Counted from the first letter of the whole stretch, positions 35,781-50,282 are shown. The stretch: 62,382 nt of DNA, filler included, from Sphacelaria rigidula (GCA_964200075.2; 6 parts of 6 records of this genome joined end to end with filler, not necessarily neighbours in it); one strand, 5' to 3'. Translations and numbers: made by a program. Notes: a model not told the origin generated them from the letters alone.

Positions 35781-36789
35781 CCTTTTAAAAACCGGGTCGG
35801 CGGAATTTCGGAACAGTATTTTGCAGGCCGTTTATCGGCCCACGTTTGGTGCTTGTGTATTAAAACTTTGTGCGGGACCTCTCTAGGTTACGATAAACCA
35901 AGAAAATGGATCAGGTTGGTTTTGATTTTTTTCGCTGGTTTAGGGCGTTTTAGTATGGTCACGACCATTTTTTACGAGAACGCCCGAACCTCTCCCGCCC
36001 CCCCCAACAAGAAGTGAAGGCCCACCATTTATTTCAATTCAGCATACCTCTGTCGTTCTCCACGCTATGTTTCAAATAAAAATTTCGAAAATTGAGCTTC
36101 AAAATTGAGATAAGGCCCAAAAGTGATGTTCATTTCTCCCAAAACTCCCCTAAAAACACGAAAAAAATGAAAAAATACGAGGAAAAAACTAAACGAGATG
36201 TAAAGTTTTTTTTCTTCTCAAATTTCATAATGCACTAGCGGTTCTTCATACCAAATTTCACAGCACAACTCTCAAAAACTGAGACGCGATATCCAGACTT
36301 GAACCGTCTAGTGTCTCTGCGCGCAATATATTGATTATAGTATGGGAACTTATGTGCGCCATATCTCGAGATAGATTACGAATTAGGTGATCGTCTCCCC
36401 GTGCTCCAGGGAAGCTCCACACCAAAAATCGTCATCATCCGCTGAATGCATCGTTCGGGGTTTCATATAGATTCTAGTATAGACGCCATCTCCGTACGGT
36501 ATAGGAATGACTAGACATGGGGTTTATTCAACGAGAGAATATTGGACCAGATTTTTGAGCAGATGCGCACCTTCCCCTTGATGGGACGATTAATACGATA
36601 CGCGGATCATGGGTCAACTCGTCTATGCCGATGAGATATGTCTTTTAGAGCTTGAATCCGTTTTTAGACTGGCCCAGCTCGTATATGTGGCCATGTTCAC
36701 AAGGCGACGGAATCTAGCAGCGCTGTGGGACGAAAGACGGAGGTAGAGGCAAGAGTTCTGCGTATCCCTCTGTCGAAGGGGTACAAGAG

Positions 36790-37342
36790 CGATGAGGTCG
36801 TATGTAATCGACGGGAACGAACAAGCTGTATATAGGCAGCTGATCTCCGTCGCGGAGAACTGCTCAGAACATGTGAGGGAGTATGCAGCGGCAGCGGTTG
36901 CTGCATTTGAAGCGGCGTACTATACTGTATCTGCGGCGCAACGCCCATGCCGTTCGAAGAGAATTTGCCGCTTGCAACAAGAGGCAAATCGTGGCCCATC
37001 CTGACCGCTAAGGGATGTGTGGCAAGGTGATGGGGACAATATCCAAGGCCACAAGTGGAGGGCGGCGGTTGCCACATCCTGTTGAAAGTTCTCCACGGCG
37101 ACTCCTACTGCTTGATACATCTGTACTCTACCTCATGCGCACGACACCCGAAATACAGTACACACAGTTTGTACCTGCACCTGAAAATTGGATGAAACTT
37201 CCGGTCTTCCTCTAACCCTGCGATCACATACATACGTGGATTTTTAGCAACATGAAGCCACTGTTTCATGCATGTGCAAGACACGTCATTCCTAACCAGC
37301 CTCATTGGTCGTTCTGGAGGCCCAGTCCCAAGCGGGTTGAGA
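36790..37342 (-). repeat. Second copy of the repeat at 7598-8165
   Basis: Collinear reverse-complement similarity from the CTCAACCC terminus. Confidence 0.8.
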
Positions 37343-39298
37343 AGACTGAGATGGTTTTGGGCGATTTCGGTAGCAAACAACGCGAAATGACATGTTTCAT
37401 AATGGATTTTTTTTTCTTCTAGTGATCCCGGCCAACCAGGAAAACACATCCGAAATCGCGTCCGTGGTTGTCGAGATACCAAGCAATCACGGGTGAATAC
37501 GAGGACATGGTTCCAGGATTTGGGAGAAGTGAAATGTTTCACCTAGTTAATTGCGCTGAATTCGGCCTGTGTCCGATTCCGACAGCAGTACCATCATATT
37601 GACCGCCTTGAACAAGGCGGTCGAAAAAGTTCCCTTACGAAACATGCCGTTCGGCAGTCTTTGCCTCCGAAATCGATGAAAACCTTCCCAGTCTCCTTTC
37701 GTAATCGAGACTAATTTCACCGATATACTGTTTCACACAGAAAGCGAGTTACAGCGGACATCACTCAGCACGCCTGTGCTACTGTTGTAGGGTGAGATTG
37801 AACACCAAAGAACTGATCTAGATACGTCTAACGACGGTATTGTATAAATATGGAGTCCCCAAAGTGTTGCTCTTGTCGGTTGATTTCTCACCAGGATTAT
37901 AGGGATATGCCGACAGACGTACTCCGTCCACGGCATAAGGACAAAAAAATTGGGCACGTAACGTTACACGTCACAAAGTTCGTTACACGTCACAAAGTGA
38001 AAGTTCGTTACACGTCAAAAGTTGAGCCAGGGTAGTACTACGTACTGTGGGGGGCCATGTAGTCCCCCATCGTAGTGCTAGCCTGGCCCGAAGCTTAATT
38101 TGATTTGACTCGACTTTAAACGTTACACGATCTTGAGTGATCCGTCTATTTTCTCCGCGCTAGGCATAATTCCTGCCGATGCTAGGGTAGTGTGGCTATG
38201 TGCACAGGCGTATGTACCTCTTCTACTGCCATGTTGCGTTTCGTCTCATCCTGCTACGCTATACCCTTTTCCTGCCCCAGTCTGGGTCCCAGCCTCCGGC
38301 TCTGAATACAGTGCGTTTCCAATGCGCCCGCGCTCACGCTGCGTTTTCCTTTCCATTAAACCTAGATTATCGGTGACGATCAGTCCCGATTCGTAGGCCG
38401 CTGCACTTTGATCCTTCCCTTTCATAAAATGATCTGAGCTTGTGTGCTGCAGTCCACATCCCACGACGCGCTGTCATGACAGCACCGCAAACGCATCATA
38501 GGTGCGGTGCAAGGCAGTCGTAGCGTGCGTGGAGTACGAGTTTCTTGCCAACGAAATCACTACGGAACTAGTAGAAATACCGCGTGCGTGCCTTGTCTCA
38601 CACTACTCAATTACCAATGCTAGTGTATTACCCGTAAAACTCTAGATAGAAGCGATGTCTTTGCCTACACTGAACTGGGAAGACTCGGGTAACCCGTCTT
38701 CTCACCCCTCCCTTGTCGGGTTTATACACTCCGGCAGGCGTTTGTTCGTTGACATGATGTTTGCTGGCAACACGTGCGTTCTCTCTTATCTAGTCGTTTG
38801 TGCTCACAGCTTTTACAACCCCTCAATGTTCTTGATCCCGTGGATTATTCCCTGTCATAGGTGTTACCCCGAGGCATTGCTCGTACATGATGCTGTGGCC
38901 GCCAGGGTACGAGACCATGAGTGCGCTTGTGCCGAATCTGATGAACATCCCGTTTTGCGATTTCGGGCTGGGCGCGATCGATGGGGAACTGCGAAGCCTT
39001 GCTTCTTACGTCACCTCAATGTAAGGAGAAGCACGGGAAGGAAGAAAATCGTACTTTGAAAAATGGACGAAGAGTGCTCTGCGGGTCGAGACGGTTTACT
39101 GGCATCCTCTGTTGAATCACGAATGAAATATGCACAGACATATTCTACCCGGACGGTGGGCGTGTGTAGGTTGTAGCTTCTCACTCGGTGAAAGGGTACG
39201 GAGTGTGCGGAGCCGCGACGTGGACTTGAACAGGACGGACTTTGAAAGTCAGGGTTTGGGTTGAAACGCAGAGTGGGCCCGTACGGGGGGGGGGGTGG

Positions 39299-39346
<48 letters not shown>

Positions 39347-41658
39347 CGGACAGGGAGCCTCCCAGACATGAATATGACGGGCCCGGACTGGGGATTGGAG
39401 GATGACACTTCCAGGGTGACAGGCCCGGGGAGACGGTCCGGATTGACTAGTCCGGGGTTATTAGTAAGCGGGTCGGGTCATACAGAGGTCATAATAACAG
39501 ACGTGTAAGCACGAAAGGAGACAGTTGAGTCGGTGCGAACACGTGGCCAAAAATTCAGAGTTGAAACGTACGAGTACTTGATTCAAATGAATCCCTTGAC
39601 TACGAAGAACTTTGGATATTTTGGAAGGAATAGCATTCTTATCCTCAAGCCCAGTGAAAACAAGTCGTGAATGTTTGATTGGTACAGTGCAAATGCTGTC
39701 ATGGGGTTAGATACTTCCTGTCAGTCCGGATCCTGATATTCGGATCTTGAGGGCGGCTGACCACCCTAGTCGCGGCCAGAGTGCGCAGCACGCCATTGTG
39801 CCAAATTGATCTCGGTCGATGCGTGTTTTAGCTGCGGAGTTCTCTGCAACCTTCCCTTGCCTATCGGCTGTCGGTTTCTCTGCGGTCGGTTTTGAGGTTC
39901 GGGTTACTGTAGATTTCACAACCGCGGTTTCCATTCTGTGTCTTCTTCCAACCACGGTAGACGAATTTCGACCTCCCCTCTCCCCTCCACGGACAAGGGA
40001 ACAAAAAAGCCAAGACATGTGGCGTGTTCGTATGGGAAAATATCACGTTTTCCTAGGCCGGTAATGTGTAAGTACGCAGAAATACCAGAGATACGAGGAA
40101 ACTGCTTGCTTCCCGACCGGTGATCAACCGCTACTTAACCTCGTATCACTGGTCGGGAAGCATCATGTTACCCTCGCATCAAAGGAGACCGGTATTGTAG
40201 CCGTGATGACGCCAATAGTACATGTAGCCACGCATTTATAAATATGTCGGCACTCGCAGCAGGAGGATCATGTAGGAAGGGAAAAATGTGCTTCTGATTC
40301 CCTTGACCATGACAGAAGGATGCTACACGCCCGCTGACTAAAAATTTCAGTCTTACCTAACTCCTGTGAACTGTTGTACATCTCCATTTCTCGTCAATCT
40401 GCGTCTACGATAATCGTCTTCCAAAAAAACGCGCAGGACTGTCCACGAACAGAACCTCTGTACACAAAACATGGGTGCCCAAAGCGATATATACATTAGT
40501 TAAGTCATGCCACGGTGGCGTTTAAATATATACAGTCAAGTCATGCCACGGTAGGAAATGGAAAAGGCTTGGCCGTTCTTGGACAAAAGTGCAAGTTTTG
40601 GCCGAAAAAGAAACTGCGGCCATCGGAAAGCACAGAGGTGCCCTGGAACCACCTCAACGAGTAGAGCAAGGCATTCATTACATGGTGTCAACGTCCGCGT
40701 AGCGCTCTTTTAGGGCGGAAGACGACGCAGAAGGACCCAAGAGGCGTTTTTACACGATTTGTTTTTGGTTGCCATAAGAAGCGACCCTTGGAGTCCTTTA
40801 TCTCATTTTTATCTCATCCAAAAAGGGCTTCTGAAGTATATGAGGGCACGCCACGATAATAGTAGCATTCCGAAGGGCTGGTGATATCTCGAATAAACTC
40901 TCCAACGGGAATATCCTGACCCATATTCTTGTGTAGTTCCTAACTTTGAGAGCCCCTCAATAACAAACATTTTGGCCCAAATATGCGACCCCTACCTCGG
41001 CATGGCTCCGGTGCGGATTGTTTGTACCGGGGAAAAATATCAACGTTTATGATTACCCCCACCATGCGGCGGGAATTGGGTGGTCCGAAAATATCATGGT
41101 ATAACACTGCAATAGGGCAGCTGTCATGTACAATACAGTAGAGCCATTGCAACCATTTGCTACAGACGGCACGTTGGGCCGCCAAACTCTGCTTACCATA
41201 TGCAATCTCGTGCACCAGCGAGCGAGGCACCAGTCTTGGCGTTTCCAGGGGACCTTGGGTGGACACATGTCGAGCAACTTCCACATGTATATGATGGAAC
41301 ATATCAAATCATGATTCGTTCATGGTCATTGTTCGCACGAATCAGTCACTCATCATGTGATTCGTACGAGAGTAATTCGTGCATGCATTGAACTCGTGGT
41401 TCGTACGTCACGAATCATACCCCCCCCCCTCCCCATCTGGAAGTGACGATACCACAGAGTAAAGCAACTCATTGTTGGCTGTCATCCGAATACAAGATAA
41501 TCAGTAGGCTTCGGGCCGAACACTCTTAGCGGGATGCAGCTCACTCTTCATGCGACTCNNNNNNNNNNNNNNNNNNNNNNNNNNNNNNNNNNNNNNNNNN
41601 NNTTAATTAATTAANNNNNNNNNNNNNNNNNNNNNNNNNNNNNNNNNNNNNNNNNNNN

Positions 41659-42175
41659 TCTTTCGAGACGGAGCACCGTTCCTACTCCTGATAGAGACAC
41701 CTCCAACATCCCGGCGCTCATTACGTTTCGTCAATAGCTCGTTACCTTTCTTCCATACATTACACAAAAACCTGTTACATATATCATCACCGACTTGTTG
41801 CGCCGTCTGTGGCCACCGTCGATCTCCTAGTAAAGTTATCGCTTTTTCGCTACTGTCTAATGCATCAAACGATTTCATGCCACGGTCGTTCACGTCCCGC
41901 ATTTCCCCCTCTAGCACGCCCCGTTCCTCGTTGTGTATATATATATTTTATGTTCCTTCTTTTCTTTAGCGAGTGTTTCAGTTGTATTTTTCTTGGGCAC
42001 GTTTATCATAAAACCACGGCTGGGCCCCTGGGGGATCAGTTAAAGTCCGACAATCGAAAATCAATCAATCATTTGTTCACATTTTGCCACTATATGACTC
42101 CTGATCGCTATTGCTTTGCCACAGGGGCAATTCTGTGCATCTACTTCCTCCTCCACTCGACTACTGGTATATCGC
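41659..42175 (-). mobile_element. Family A retroposon fragment interrupted by an RTE-tail insertion (~41935-42071)
   Basis: LEGEMRDVNDRGMKSFDALDSSEK...LGDRRWPQ...FLCNVWKK, homologous to 2616-2986; CPCG knuckle resumes after 42072. Confidence 0.78.
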
Positions 42176-42319
42176 GTGGGGGGGGGAAGGGATAATGAGC
42201 AAGGCTACTTAAATCATCTCCCAAAATCATCACTTGAATTATAAATGTGTATATACAAGGTTTCCCTTCGGGAGGTTGGCACGAGCCTCCCGTGGGTGAC
42301 GCAAGCCGAAAATATATGG

Positions 42320-42790
42320 TTAAGAGAGGCTGTTATATCTCAATGTACAGTAGTGATCGTGGCTGTACAAAACATTGTATGTCTTATCGGATGGTGGCTC
42401 TGGATAAGGTTCACCAACTTGAGTAACACGGATGTGAGGGTTGTACAACTGTTGGGCGGCAATTATTTCGACATCTGTGGCATATGCGTATGGATGCGAC
42501 ATGAGCTGAAGGAAAGGTTGAACGCTATTGTATGTTTGGTTGGGGCAACCAGCAGTCCGTATTTGTTCGAAATCGGTTCCAGCCGAGATTGAAGCGTGCA
42601 GCAGTGTCATTCCCCCATAATCTGGAAATGAATCATGAAGGTGTTCGGAAATGTGTCGAATAAGTTGCATGCTCACTAATGTGCGTGTTTGCATTTGGGC
42701 CGTTGAAGACTCGTCGGGCAATGCATCGTAGCAAGCTTGCTCCGTCTCCAATCTCATTGACTAATTCCCAACTTCCTGGCGCATGTTGTT
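42320..42790 (-). pseudogene. OTU-like cysteine protease domain, frameshifted, catalytic Cys position read as Ser
   Basis: EIGDGASLLRCIARRVF (cf. GDGNCLFRA), then after a shift near 42690 QLIRHI...FLQLMS..YATDVEIIAAQQLYN.HIRV...LYSHDHYCTL; no introns. Confidence 0.78.
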
Positions 42791-44777
42791 GGTCATCGTA
42801 ATCATAGTTGTCGTCATTGTGGCTGCCACGGGCGCTGTCACCGTCACCGCTGTTGGAGCCTGTGTTACCCCTATCTCCATCACCACCACCATTCTTGTCG
42901 CCTGAAGCAGTCTGGTTGTTATCATGACCGCGACGAGATAATCCAATATCACAGACTGGAGGAGGTTGCCCTGCGCCAGCAACGATAAGTCCCGAATACA
43001 CAACGTCATGGACGTGTGGGACACCGTCTACAGGGCAATCTTCTCAGGGTTAGGGTTGGGGTAACCTAGGACGACGGTGGAACCGCCGGCGTAGGACACG
43101 TATGGGTGGTATTCCCGAGGTTCCAGAGTGCGAAGTAGCTCTCGTGCCGTAAAGACATGGCAGCGGGGGGAACTTCCCCAAAAATTGGAATACGTGAAAC
43201 ATTCTTGGCATACTCTTTGTCACTTGGGAAGCTCGCGGGTATGTTCTTTCAGTGCTTCGCTTATTCGCTGCACATGAGTTAAAGTGCGACAATCAACCAA
43301 TCCAACAAAATGAGAGATTGCATTTCTCTGGACAAAAGAGTGGCTTTGGCTGGCTGTTGGAATGCTTGGAACATTCCTGGCATGTTTTTTCTCACTTGAG
43401 GAGCTCGCGGATATGTTATTTCAGTGCTTCGCTTGTGCTCTGCACATGAAAGTTGCAATATTTTTTCACGTTTCACCGGGCCTTCCCTGTTAAAACTCTA
43501 TGTACTACGTGCTTTGGGTACTACTATCCGCGCTTGTAGGGTGTTGCATTTTTTTCAGCCCCGCCCGAGAGAAAAAACACTGATATGGTACGACCGAAGT
43601 GGAAGTTTGTGGTTTTGCCAGATAATGTCGCCTAGCTGGCTACCTACCTAGCCATATATTCCGCTCGCGTGCGGTAGCCGGTAGTGCACGCGCATGACAT
43701 TATTCTTGTATTTAGGGAGAAACCCCCGAACCCTCCAAACCCATGGTTGCGGACTTACGGTACTGCACGGTCTTGTGTCGAATATGAATAGTATAGAAGC
43801 CCTCCAAACCCATGGTCGCGGACTTACTAAACTGTACGATCTTGTCTCGAAAATAATTAGTGTAGTCTGTGGTGTTGCCAGATAATTTCGCCCGGCCACC
43901 TACGTACCTAGCCATATATTCCGCAGAGTGGTGATTCTTGTCTGAAATGGTTGCACATCGCTGTGGCTTCCACATCACCGGGCCTTTTTTAAAATCAGGG
44001 TGATTGTTTGCTTGCGGCAAAACATTCCTGTGCTACTGTGCTGCTGTGCCATGTTCAACTCGCGAACGGCCCTTTGCGCGGTCTTGTGTTTGCTGCTGAC
44101 TAAAGCCAAGGCAATAGGTCAATTGTTTTCAACCGCTTTGCTCTCATATTCTTGTGACATTGGCGGCATAACCGGTGTGTTCGTGCTCCCAAATGAACGA
44201 GAACGCGACAAAGAGAAACACGGGGAAAACGTACCCCGCCAAAAGTTATCCTGTTTGAAGTTTTCTATGGTCTTCAACAGGTTTTTGTGGTTCGGGTTCC
44301 TGTTTCAAGTCTTTCATTATCTTGAAAAGGTTTTTGTGGTTCGGGATCGACATCCCGCGAAAAAAGGCCAGCTTGAGCGACTTTCGGTGGGCCAGAACAC
44401 GCGCCACAGGGATCAGATGACACCCAAACCTGAACGATGATGTACCGCTGGGCCTTCTCAGAGCGCTGCAAAAGAAAGCACGGGAAAAAACGCCTTGCCG
44501 CCAGAGAAAACTCTGCAAAAGTGGTGAAAAATGTGAAATGATGCATGTACGTATATGTATGATTATGTTGGAAAGTAACAAATTCACCACAGCTCTTCCA
44601 TTAACGATTTTCAAGCAGATTCGAGGTCGGCCTTCCATCTCATCCCGCGTCGAAGCCACACGATTTGTTTGTGCATAGTGAGTACCGATACACAGATGGT
44701 GTCAATCAGAGATGAATACGAGACAGTAGGAAACTGGCCCGACAGTGTCACGAGCAAGAGGTCCCGAAATCCCCACA

Positions 44778-45092
44778 GACTGCTGCCGAGATAGCCCCCC
44801 CCATCCGAACCGGCCAAAACGTGTACGGAGGCGATGGCCATGAATATCGTTGGAGCTGGTTTCGTGCTGCACGACGCGACTCATAAAGGCGTAATAGCTG
44901 ATTTCGGACTGCTACAAGCCTTTCATGTGGGCGAAATCGCTGCCGGTTTGTCGGACGGTCTCTGGTGAACTTCTTGTGGGGGGGGGGGGCGTACTCATTT
45001 GTTGCTTGCCTTAGTCATTTGACCCTTGACCACGCATCCCTTTCGAGACGGCGCACTTCTTGTGGGGGGGGGGGGCTATCTCGGCATTAGTC
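44778..45092. mobile_element. MITE, GACT...AGTC termini, 4-bp TSD CACA, carrying a poly(C) retroposon tail
   Basis: GACTGCTGCCGAGATAGCCCC / GGGGCTATCTCGGCATTAGTC; CACA at 44774-44777 and 45093-45096. Confidence 0.82.
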
Positions 45093-45679
45093 CACACCTG
45101 TACACACGAATCGCTGGTGAACCTAGGCAAAAGGGCCCAGCGGTGTCAAGAGCCACCGTATGCACCCTTCGATATCACTCTTTGTTCTGTACTCTGTACA
45201 AGGTTAGTTCCACTGCCTACTAACCAGGCTCACGGCCAATGCTTGTCCTAAATATGAAGAGAGAAAGTACGCCTCGCTTTGGAGATATTTCGGCAGCTGG
45301 GTTACGACAGCGACCTTCTTGAGGGCACAGGACGGGAACACTTTCTGGGAAAAGTGAGGAGAGAGAGAAGATGAGGAAAGAAGGTAAAACTAAAAGTGGA
45401 ATGACCTGAGCGAGAGAGACGGAGATACAGAGAAACACAGATGAAGGCAGGTAGGGATAGAGGCAGGCAGAGGTAGGGAGGGGAAAAGAGAGAGCGGACA
45501 TAAAGAAAAAAGAGAAGGAATGGAACACAAACACCGAGGAGAACATGAGTACGAACACAGCTAGGAACATGTGAGCTAATGGGGATAAACGGTTAGATCT
45601 AACTATATTTGTGCTGAACTTCGTTGGTCGTTAATGACTATCTCTTCTCCTGAATGGGTTGGTAGTAGCTGTTTCTTAC

Positions 45680-45784
45680 CCAAGCACTATCGCTAAGGTA
45701 GCGAAGCGTGTTGTCCTTGAAGTAGATTCTACTCATCACGTCCATGCTGCTGCCGCGGTCCACGAACACGGTGCCTCCGATCGC
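45680..45784 (-). CDS. Next exon of the probable adhesin-like protein
   Basis: Pyrimidine tract + AAG acceptor, GTAAGA donor, 105 bp, phase 0/0: AIGGTVFVDRGSSMDVMSRIYFKDNTLRYLSDSAW; GG.V.V and FxxN motifs as in polymorphic-membrane-protein-like repeats. Confidence 0.65.
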
Positions 45785-47138
45785 CTTGGAAAAGGGAAAA
45801 AGACGAGAAGAAAGGGGGTCGAAATAGAAGAATCACTTCATTGAAATGAACACGGCGGGAGATAAAAGGGAGATAGAAGAACACTGAGTTTCGACTGAAG
45901 ATCAGTTGGAAACGGGTAAAAAATGACTGAGATGATGTATACAAACCAAATGTTAAAGTCACACACGCCACGCCACCTCTGGCTGCGCCAGTAGTAGAGA
46001 TCGACAAACGTTTCGTGAGGGAAAAAACGTGGCAAAAAAACTCACATTAGGAAAACTACGAACGAGAAAACAGATATTGACATACTATACGTATATATAT
46101 ATATAGGAAGGAGTTATTTATTTTTCAACTCAAGCTCCAGAGTATACGCGGGAGATGGGCTAGAGTATGACGACTGTACCATGACACGGAAACGGCGCAA
46201 GCTGAAGAGCTATGAAAATATGAACAACCGCTCGCATGTGTTTCATCTGAAAGCCCGATTGTACCACAACGATTTCCCTAAGCTTGTGCCGTCTCGCATG
46301 AAGCACGCACGGAACCAACCAGTGTAGTGGTAATACGCGGCGTCTTCAATATTTGAGATCATCAGCAAATGCGCAAACTCGCGGTAGATTATCTGCGCTC
46401 ATATCCGCTGTCAACGGTAGACATCGCCCGTGTACCACATGACCATTATTTAGGGCCGATGGTATTTGGTACGCTATACCACAATACTACAGCACCGCTG
46501 GAACATGACAGATGGCGGTACAGTACGGCAAAATGGCAATCTTCACTCCAGTTTTGATGTTTGTGTCGATCTTCATCTTTCAGGCCGCCATTTACCTGCA
46601 CATGACAGATATCGTGTCATCAGTGTTCAACATATTAACGAGCAGCATCCTCAAAGCCTATCGCGGTCACTGTTTATGAAGTCAGTCACGTGGGAGGCGT
46701 TCGGTGCGATCACCACGTAGAGCTGCTGGGCACTCCACCACAGAATCTCGGTAATGATGCAGCAGGATCATGAAATCGTGGGCCAGTGTAGCGGAGGGTT
46801 CGAAAGAGAAAACAGTCAAGATCCGGAATAAATCACGGGATCAACACATTTTCGAGTCTTCACACCGATTGCACTGCGATACACTGTCGCCGTCCTGCCT
46901 GGAGACCTTGGTCATCGAAAGTATCCTTACATTTGCAGCATAGTCATTCTCAACATTCGGAACAGAAAATGGAACAATGTGAGAGTACCAGTCTCTGATG
47001 ACAGAAATATGCGAGAACCCACACCTCAGTCCACTTAGGTTACCTTGTATATACCCGAATGGTGAAGCACAGGGCAGTGTGAGTACAGCACGATGCTGTG
47101 TAGTACGGAATACATAGCGCAGACAGACAGCATCTTAC

Positions 47139-47285
47139 CGACCGGGCGATGCCCGTCATGGTGATCTCCGTGCCCACCAGGGTCAGCTTCGTGTACCCAA
47201 CAACCTCGAAGCGTACGTTGCTCAAGGATGTGGTAGCAGCACTGGCCTTCACCGTCAGCTCCTCCCCCCCACTAACGTGAACAAT
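47139..47285 (-). CDS. Exon of a probable adhesin-like / beta-helix surface protein
   Basis: AAG|...|GTAAGA, 147 bp, phase 0/0: IVHVSGGEELTVKASAATTSLSNVRFEVVGYTKLTLVGTEITMTGIARS; alternating hydrophobic beta pattern. Product is inferred. Confidence 0.65.
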
Positions 47286-50282
47286 CTTGTCAGGGAATGA
47301 TAGCAGTAGCGTATGCGGTACAGACAGCAGGTCGCGGGGGGTCATCTCATGAACATATATCATTTGTGTGCATATATGTATCATGCTGCGCTAGAACAAA
47401 GCGTACGGAGGTCGATTAGCTTTTGCCGTATTCAATCAACCAACATTTACTACGTCTATGAATTACCGTTTTATGATTGAATCAACGTTTTTTTTTTCTG
47501 AAAATAACCCTTCTGTTCCTCCGTGGGTTCCGGAATAGTTTGCCATGATGTTTTGGAGCAACTTCAGCCACCGCCTGAAAGTATTGGCAATGCTGCCCAA
47601 GGTTTTGACGTACACGTTCCGAGCGATCGTAGACAGCAAAGCGACGCAGCCACATCTGTTCATGTGAAATATGTTCCTTGCCTATTTGGCGCACTTTCGA
47701 ATCCCTCTCCTTCCTTGGGATGAGCCCGCGGTCTCAACGGATAAACCGACCCATATCTCCCTCGGTAAAATCCTTGCAATTTGGCATCGCAAATTGAATC
47801 AACATTCCCGCAACGTGTCGCCTCTCGTCAGATAATTTTTTTTTTGCTATACTCACTTCCTCACGTCTTCCACAAAGGAAATCAGACGGTCCACAGGAAA
47901 GATGTACGATCGGATATTCCCGAAAATGAACCCACACCGTTTCCACCTAGTTGCTTCAATGAGTGATGCTACGGTAGGGATGCACGAACACTTTCTGAGG
48001 TTAGAAATGTTAGGAGCTATTTATCTCATCCAAAACACGACTTATGAAACATGTGAAAGTACCCTAGGATTACTATTCCAATTTGCCAGGGATATCCCGA
48101 ATGTGCATCTAGGATCGTTAGGAGCCCCTGAACCAGACAACGTTTTGCGCAAAAGGTGCACCCCTGCCGTAGCGTTGCTCGAATCTGACCACCGGGACGT
48201 GGCGAAACATCGCAACGTGAAAACCGATTCTTTCGATACAGCCCAACCCCACAATAATCACCAGTAGCCCCAGCTGTCGATCAAGGATGAAGGAGCGCGT
48301 TCACGTCAACTGCGATGTAGGGGAGAATTCCAGGATGGTACACCCCGAACAACAATAACGCAAGCAGTTACATTCCGGGAGAGGTCGATGATGGTGTAGC
48401 CTGTGACGCCAGCCAGAAGAAGAACTGGTGGATCACTGCTGTTGAGGGACTCCCCAGTATTACTGGCATCAGTTTCAGTAGTCAGCCTGCACAACATTTC
48501 ATCATCATGGAGTGCCCTACCAGGCACCAACCTTCTAGACACGCAGGGTATCAACCCTGTGTCCCGGTCATTATCCCGAATCCTCCCAGAACCTTCCAGA
48601 ACCCTCCAGAATCCCCGTGCCCCCAGCCATTGTCCAGATCATTACTGCCAACTCAACGTAACGGGTTTTTTTCGTCACCAGCCGCAGGATGCAACAATCA
48701 TCAGCAGTACAGTAGACCATAACCTGTGTGGAGGACAAGCTCAAAGCCGACCATCCTCGAACACATTTTCCCCGTTCGAAACTGAAAGGTTACGTACACC
48801 AGCGAGAGCGCGTGTGACGCATATGTGTACACTTGCTGAGCACGAGCATACAACAAACATCGCCGTTATAAATGTGGCATGCGGTGTATGTGACCTGCGT
48901 ATTTGCGTCAAAATTACGTTTCATCACACAGACCCGGCTTCCGATAACGAGGATCACTCGGGAGCAAGATACTGCGGATCAGCCGTAGATCGATCAAGGA
49001 CTGGACCTATGTGATAAAAAAGTGCTTTGTCAACCATCAAAACCCTATGTCGGAAGATTCGCGAGTTACGAAACACGAAGTGAGGTAGTAGTGCTCGCTA
49101 ACAACGAGAAGCTAGCCAGTTTCAGTGACAGCGACCGGCGATATTGTGGCGAGTCGTGTAAAAATACGTACAGCGGGGCTGGATATGATGGATGACTTGA
49201 GTATCGTGTATTACGCCTGCGAATAAGGTAGAGTGTTGTGAGTATTATTTGTCACAGCAATATCCCTCTTTGGTCTATGTTGCACAAAAGATCACCAAGC
49301 GACCTTTCGCGTCTTCTTCTAGACCCCCACATGAGAGGTTCGTTGCCAACAACCCAGCAGCTTACCGCATTCGCTAGGGCTACCATTGCTCCCATGTGTC
49401 TGTGATGGGCGCAGGGTAATGCATGTTGTGCGTTCCACGTATTTTTAGGCGGACCAAGGCAGAAGTACCGGGCTGGGATTTCACAGCAAACGTATAAAAA
49501 TATACAGGGCTGCTACTTTTGAGCATCACTTTAAACCGTAGAAAAAACGAAGGCGCCGGTCACTTCCGCGAATCGCGATCGCCTTTTACAGTGTCCGAGA
49601 ACGTCGGCACTTAAGTTGGGCGCTGCCGGCCACATCAAGTGGCAAAATGAAAACAATTCGTTCAGAGGCACTGAAAATATTGAGCACTTTCTCTTCCCAC
49701 ATCTTATGACTGTCGTGCGACACCGCTCAGTTACCGCCTGAGCCGACAGGGACAGAATTCGCAAGCATTGCCTCGACAATACAAGGTGGTGACATATTCT
49801 ATAGCACACCTGTCTTTTCTACCCAAAACCTAGAAAGTGCCCATCGTAAAACCTTCAGGTGAACATGGTAAGCTATTCTGAGAAGAAACGAAGAGAAGGT
49901 TCCGATTTAGGGCCTTCACGATTCGAACGTCGACTACCGATAGTGCATTAGAATAACCGGGGTAACGTGCAAGGGCTGTCCATCCAGTAGTATTGCTCCA
50001 AGAAATGTGGCCCCATGCAGTTCGCCCGCACAGGTCACTTGCTGTGACGAATGGCTCTGTCGCAGGGATCAGGGTGACGAGCAACTTTCCCTGTGATAGA
50101 GGAAGCATCATCAAAGAAGTTGCTCGGGGGATCGGAATCGAGGTTAAGGTACCACAGGAATAGAGGTTAAGGTACCACAGGAATAACGTCTGCAAAGTAC
50201 CCGTAAGGCACACCTCGTGTACATTATACTTCCCGCACCGCGCGTGATGTCGACAACAAGTCGGACAAGAAGCAAAGCTCAC

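Noticed and set aside
38035..38081. Helitron 3' end (hairpin + CTAG)
   Set aside because: Imperfect hairpin, CTAG not followed by T, and no 5' TC end or second copy to support it.
39181..39508. Poly-Pro/poly-Gly ORFs (also 55906-56381 and 52530-52982)
   Set aside because: Produced by long G/C homopolymers, some next to Ns and of unreliable length.
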